A DNA stretch of 59,160 nucleotides from a virus (Duplodnaviria; Caudoviricetes). Made by a program: the position numbers and the translations under genes. Below are positions 56,376 through 59,160 of the stretch, in pieces. The stretch covers positions 1 through 59,160 of the IMG/VR virus record IMGVR_UViG_3300046504_000185; one strand, written 5' to 3'. The notes beneath the pieces were generated by a model. The model worked only from the letters and a program-made list of their open reading frames with translations, was not told the DNA's origin and did not search any database. Numbering within the stretch: position 1 is the stretch's first letter; every line of letters begins with the position of its first letter.

Positions 56376-56840
56376 ATGGCAAAATTTGAAAAAGCATCTG
56401 AGGATGCAGAAAAATTCTTTGAAGAAGTCAGAGAAAAAACAACTATTCCACAATGGATCGAGTTCAGGGTATTGTGTAACAACAAACAAAAGATACCTGT
56501 TGATGTTAAGAAAAACAGTGACCTTGTGGAAGTATTAACTGAAGGCGTGAATTTCGCAGTTATTTTCAATGAAGAAATCTTTGATCAATTACCTGACGAT
56601 ATGAAAGAAATTGCAGTTGTTGAAAAACTTGCAGGTGTCAGTGTTGATGACAACGATAAAATATCATTGGTGAAGGAAGATTTTAATACCTATACTGGTG
56701 TGTTGCAGAAATATGGCGATGCTCCAATTATTCGTTTTAAAGAATCTGTTAAAAGTCTTTATGATAAGAAAAAACAGGAAGAAGACGAAGCAAAGGCAGC
56801 CAAAAAAGGTAAACGTGGCAAGAAAAAAATTGACGTATAA
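56376..56840 (+). CDS. hypothetical protein, possibly a degenerate phage metallopeptidase-like fold
   Basis: FAVIFNEEIFDQL....K..A...EKL pattern lacking HExxH. Confidence 0.5.
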   Translation: MAKFEKASEDAEKFFEEVREKTTIPQWIEFRVLCNNKQKIPVDVKKNSDLVEVLTEGVNFAVIFNEEIFDQLPDDMKEIAVVEKLAGVSVDDNDKISLVKEDFNTYTGVLQKYGDAPIIRFKESVKSLYDKKKQEEDEAKAAKKGKRGKKKIDV

Positions 56841-56863
56841 AATAATTCGGACAAATTCAGACA

Positions 56864-56894
56864 AGTCCCGACAACTAATTGTCGGGATTTTTTT
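56864..56894 (+). terminator. Rho-independent terminator
   Basis: gtcccgacaa-ctaa-ttgtcgggat plus T tract. Confidence 0.75.
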
Positions 56895-56922
56895 ATTTAT
56901 AAGTATTTATAGAAAACTGTTT

Positions 56923-57327
56923 ATGGGAATGCAATCATATAATATCAAATTTCCTCTTGTTGATGATACAAGTAAAAATGCGTATTTCTTAATGACACAG
57001 GTAACTAAAGACGCATTCAGTTCTGATTTATTACTGTTGCTCTTAACACAAAAGGGTGAAAGATATTATGAACCTGATTATGGTACTAACTTATTGAAGT
57101 ACATATTTGAACCCAATGATGTATTAACTGCAACAGATGTTGAACAGGAAATAAAAAATACCGTAAGTGCATATATTCCCGCATTAAAAATAACAAAAGT
57201 CACGTTCAATTGGAATGTAGACGATCAAGGTCAACCAATTTCTGAGAATCAATTAAATGTTAATATCCAATTTACATATACGGAAGATACATTTACAGAA
57301 AATGGAGAAGTAGATTTAAACTTTTAA
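56923..57327 (+). CDS. gp25-like baseplate wedge protein; start revised to ATG 56923
   Basis: IKFP...LLLTQKGERYYEPDYGTNLLKYIFEP...EIK..V..YIP; preceded by a terminator and GTATTTATA. Confidence 0.88.
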   Translation: MGMQSYNIKFPLVDDTSKNAYFLMTQVTKDAFSSDLLLLLLTQKGERYYEPDYGTNLLKYIFEPNDVLTATDVEQEIKNTVSAYIPALKITKVTFNWNVDDQGQPISENQLNVNIQFTYTEDTFTENGEVDLNF

Positions 57328-57337
57328 GATATAAAAT

Positions 57338-59160
57338 ATGGCAACAGATACAACAACTAATGTAATACAATACGGAAGCAGAACTTTCGGGGATATAAGA
57401 ACTGACTTGATAGCATATATCCGTCAGGCTTATCCAGAAGTACTTTCAGATTTCACCGACTCTTCAGTTGGTGCAATGCTTATTGATGTAAATGCTGGTG
57501 TTGGTAACAACTTGGCAATCAATACAGATAGGGCATTCCAAGAAACACAATTGGAATATGCTCAACAAAGATCGTCTTTATTGAACATAGCAAAGAACAT
57601 GGGATTTAACATTCCTGCACGTAGACCATCCGTAACTGTGGTAGATTTTATGGTAAAAATCCCTGTACTTGGTGATAGTCCTGATCCCAGTTATTATCCA
57701 ATACTTTTACCTGGTGCTCAAGTTGTTGGTGGTGGTAAGATATTCGAAACTCAAGATACAATTGATTGGAGTTCACCATATAGTAATTTGGGCGATCCTA
57801 ATCGTTCAATAATTCCTAATTTGGATTCGAATGGTAGTGTTATTAGTTATAATGTCACTAAAAGAGAAGTGGTTATTAATGGTTCAACGAGTATATTTAA
57901 GAGAATTATTAATGCTTCAGATGTTGTACCATTTTTACAAATAACACTTCCAGACCCAAGTGTTATTGAAATACAAGGAGTTATATTATTGCCGGGAGTA
58001 AATTATACAAATAATCCAATTGCAGGAGATTTCAATCCAAGTATGGATAACATAATTGGTTCAAATGGAGTTACAGTTAGTCATTATTATGAAGTAGATT
58101 GGCTTGCACAACAACAGGTCTTTGTTGAAAACTTCAGTAGTTCAGTTAATACACAAAATACTGGAATTAAGGCAGCACGTTGGATTGACGTTACAAAAAA
58201 ATTCATTAAAGAATATACTCCTAATGGATATTGTGTTCTGACATTTGGTTCAGGTGATGCCGATGTTAATGCATTCAGGGATGGTTTTCTTAAAGTAGGC
58301 GTAAGTAATCGTTATTTTCTTGATAATTTTTTAAATAATACTGCATTGGGCGAAAAATTGCAGGCAAATTATACCTTATTTGTACAATACAGAACAGGTG
58401 GCGGATCGAATTCAAACTTGGGTGCAAATGTACTGACACAACTTGGCGGATATACTTTACAAGTTCATGGTTCACGTCAGGACTTTAATCAAAATGTACA
58501 AAGAAGCCTGAAAGTAAATAATCCAATCCCTGCAATTGGTGGTAATGACGGGTTGAGTAATGAACAGATTAGGGAATTGATTAAATATAATTTTAGTGGT
58601 CAGGATCGTGACGTTACACTTACAGATTATCTTATGCAAATTTATAAAATGCCAGGAAAATTTGGTTCACCTTTTCGTGCAAACGCATTCAAATTAAATA
58701 ATAAAGTGGTTATTTCCACTTTAGGCTTAGATGCTCAAGGAAAATTAGATAATACAAGTACTTCATTAATGAATGAAAATATTGCTGAGTATCTATCAGG
58801 TTTTAGAATGATAAATGATTATGTTGAAATTAATAGTGGTCTAATATTTAATTTAGGTTTTGAAATTGATGTATATGTACAAAATATTGCCGATAATACC
58901 ATTGCAAACAGCATTATCACAATTGTCAAAAACTACATGGATGTTAATAATTATGAAATGGATGAAAATATATTTTTAGCAAGATTACAACAGCAAATAC
59001 TTCAAGCAAATGGTGTTGTCAACGTAATTGCTATTAAAGTTTTCAATAAAGTTGGTGGAAATTATTCGAATAACGTGGTTTCTCAAGAAATAGTTGATCC
59101 GGCAACAGGCGAAATTCAAATAATTAACAATACCATTTATTCAACAGCAAATTCAATGTT
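57338..59160 (+). CDS. T4 gp6-like baseplate wedge protein, runs off window end
   Basis: MATDTTTNVIQYGSRTFGDIRTDLIAYIRQAYPEVLSDFTDSSVGAMLIDVNAGVG...AQQRSSLLNIAKNMGF; later YRTGGG and AIGG.D...R.VTL.DY. Absent from the ORF track because it has no stop in the window. Confidence 0.85.
   Translation, partial: MATDTTTNVIQYGSRTFGDIRTDLIAYIRQAYPEVLSDFTDSSVGAMLIDVNAGVGNNLAINTDRAFQETQLEYAQQRSSLLNIAKNMGFNIPARRPSVTVVDFMVKIPVLGDSPDPSYYPILLPGAQVVGGGKIFETQDTIDWSSPYSNLGDPNRSIIPNLDSNGSVISYNVTKREVVINGSTSIFKRIINASDVVPFLQITLPDPSVIEIQGVILLPGVNYTNNPIAGDFNPSMDNIIGSNGVTVSHYYEVDWLAQQQVFVENFSSSVNTQNTGIKAARWIDVTKKFIKEYTPNGYCVLTFGSGDADVNAFRDGFLKVGVSNRYFLDNFLNNTALGEKLQANYTLFVQYRTGGGSNSNLGANVLTQLGGYTLQVHGSRQDFNQNVQRSLKVNNPIPAIGGNDGLSNEQIRELIKYNFSGQDRDVTLTDYLMQIYKMPGKFGSPFRANAFKLNNKVVISTLGLDAQGKLDNTSTSLMNENIAEYLSGFRMINDYVEINSGLIFNLGFEIDVYVQNIADNTIANSIITIVKNYMDVNNYEMDENIFLARLQQQILQANGVVNVIAIKVFNKVGGNYSNNVVSQEIVDPATGEIQIINNTIYSTANSM

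Noticed and set aside
26808-56922. upstream start calls at 26808, 33398, 55838 and 56698
   Set aside because: They overlap promoter or terminator motifs or the previous gene; ATGs at 26838, 33416, 55904 and 56923 fit paralogy and context better.
407-58475. short minus-strand and nested alternative-frame ORFs in the ORF track
   Set aside because: They lie within longer, motif-bearing + strand genes and are explained by codon bias and repeats.
1-59160. alternative genetic code (prompted by the UCA anticodon)
   Set aside because: Long ORFs tile the window in the standard code; TGA ends 49296 and 54314 and TAG ends 42480 at sensible boundaries.

Overview
A 59 kb AT-rich segment with essentially all genes on the + strand. 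It most likely comes from a large myovirus or jumbo phage with T4-like gp25/gp6 baseplate genes; TAnnTTTG promoters suggest a Bacteroidota host. Gene order: end of a 5'-3' exonuclease-like gene; DnaB-like helicase; a ~1.3 kb non-coding RNA operon; antirepressor; Ro60/TROVE-like VWA protein with an ARPP-like partner; ~25 kb of modular Cys/Thr/Gly-rich fibre genes with a GT9 glycosyltransferase and two LRR tip proteins; SNF2 helicase; broken homing endonuclease; QueC-like enzyme; family B DNA polymerase; putative head-packaged enzymes (NUDIX, WYL, a 1700-aa kinase-kinase-GNAT-peptidase-CCA-adding-2H polyprotein, HAD, ParB-like); an intein-containing glycosyltransferase; baseplate genes. The most striking signal is at 3381-4396. 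Five copies of a base-paired RNA scaffold (purine-rich GAAC/AAAC outer stem, inner stem ending GUGUUU, unpaired ACAGUA) carry different cargo. Three cargoes are tRNA-derived and attached in three topologies: a whole tRNA-like unit with a UCA anticodon, a tRNA with the scaffold inserted in its D-loop, and a circularly permuted tRNA. They lie ~1.1 kb upstream of the Ro60-like gene. This suggests a phage Ro60/Y-RNA-like tRNA-mimic array or, alternatively, a new small tRNA intron with a permuted intron-exon gene. All calls come from reading motifs by eye; no searches or folding programs were run.
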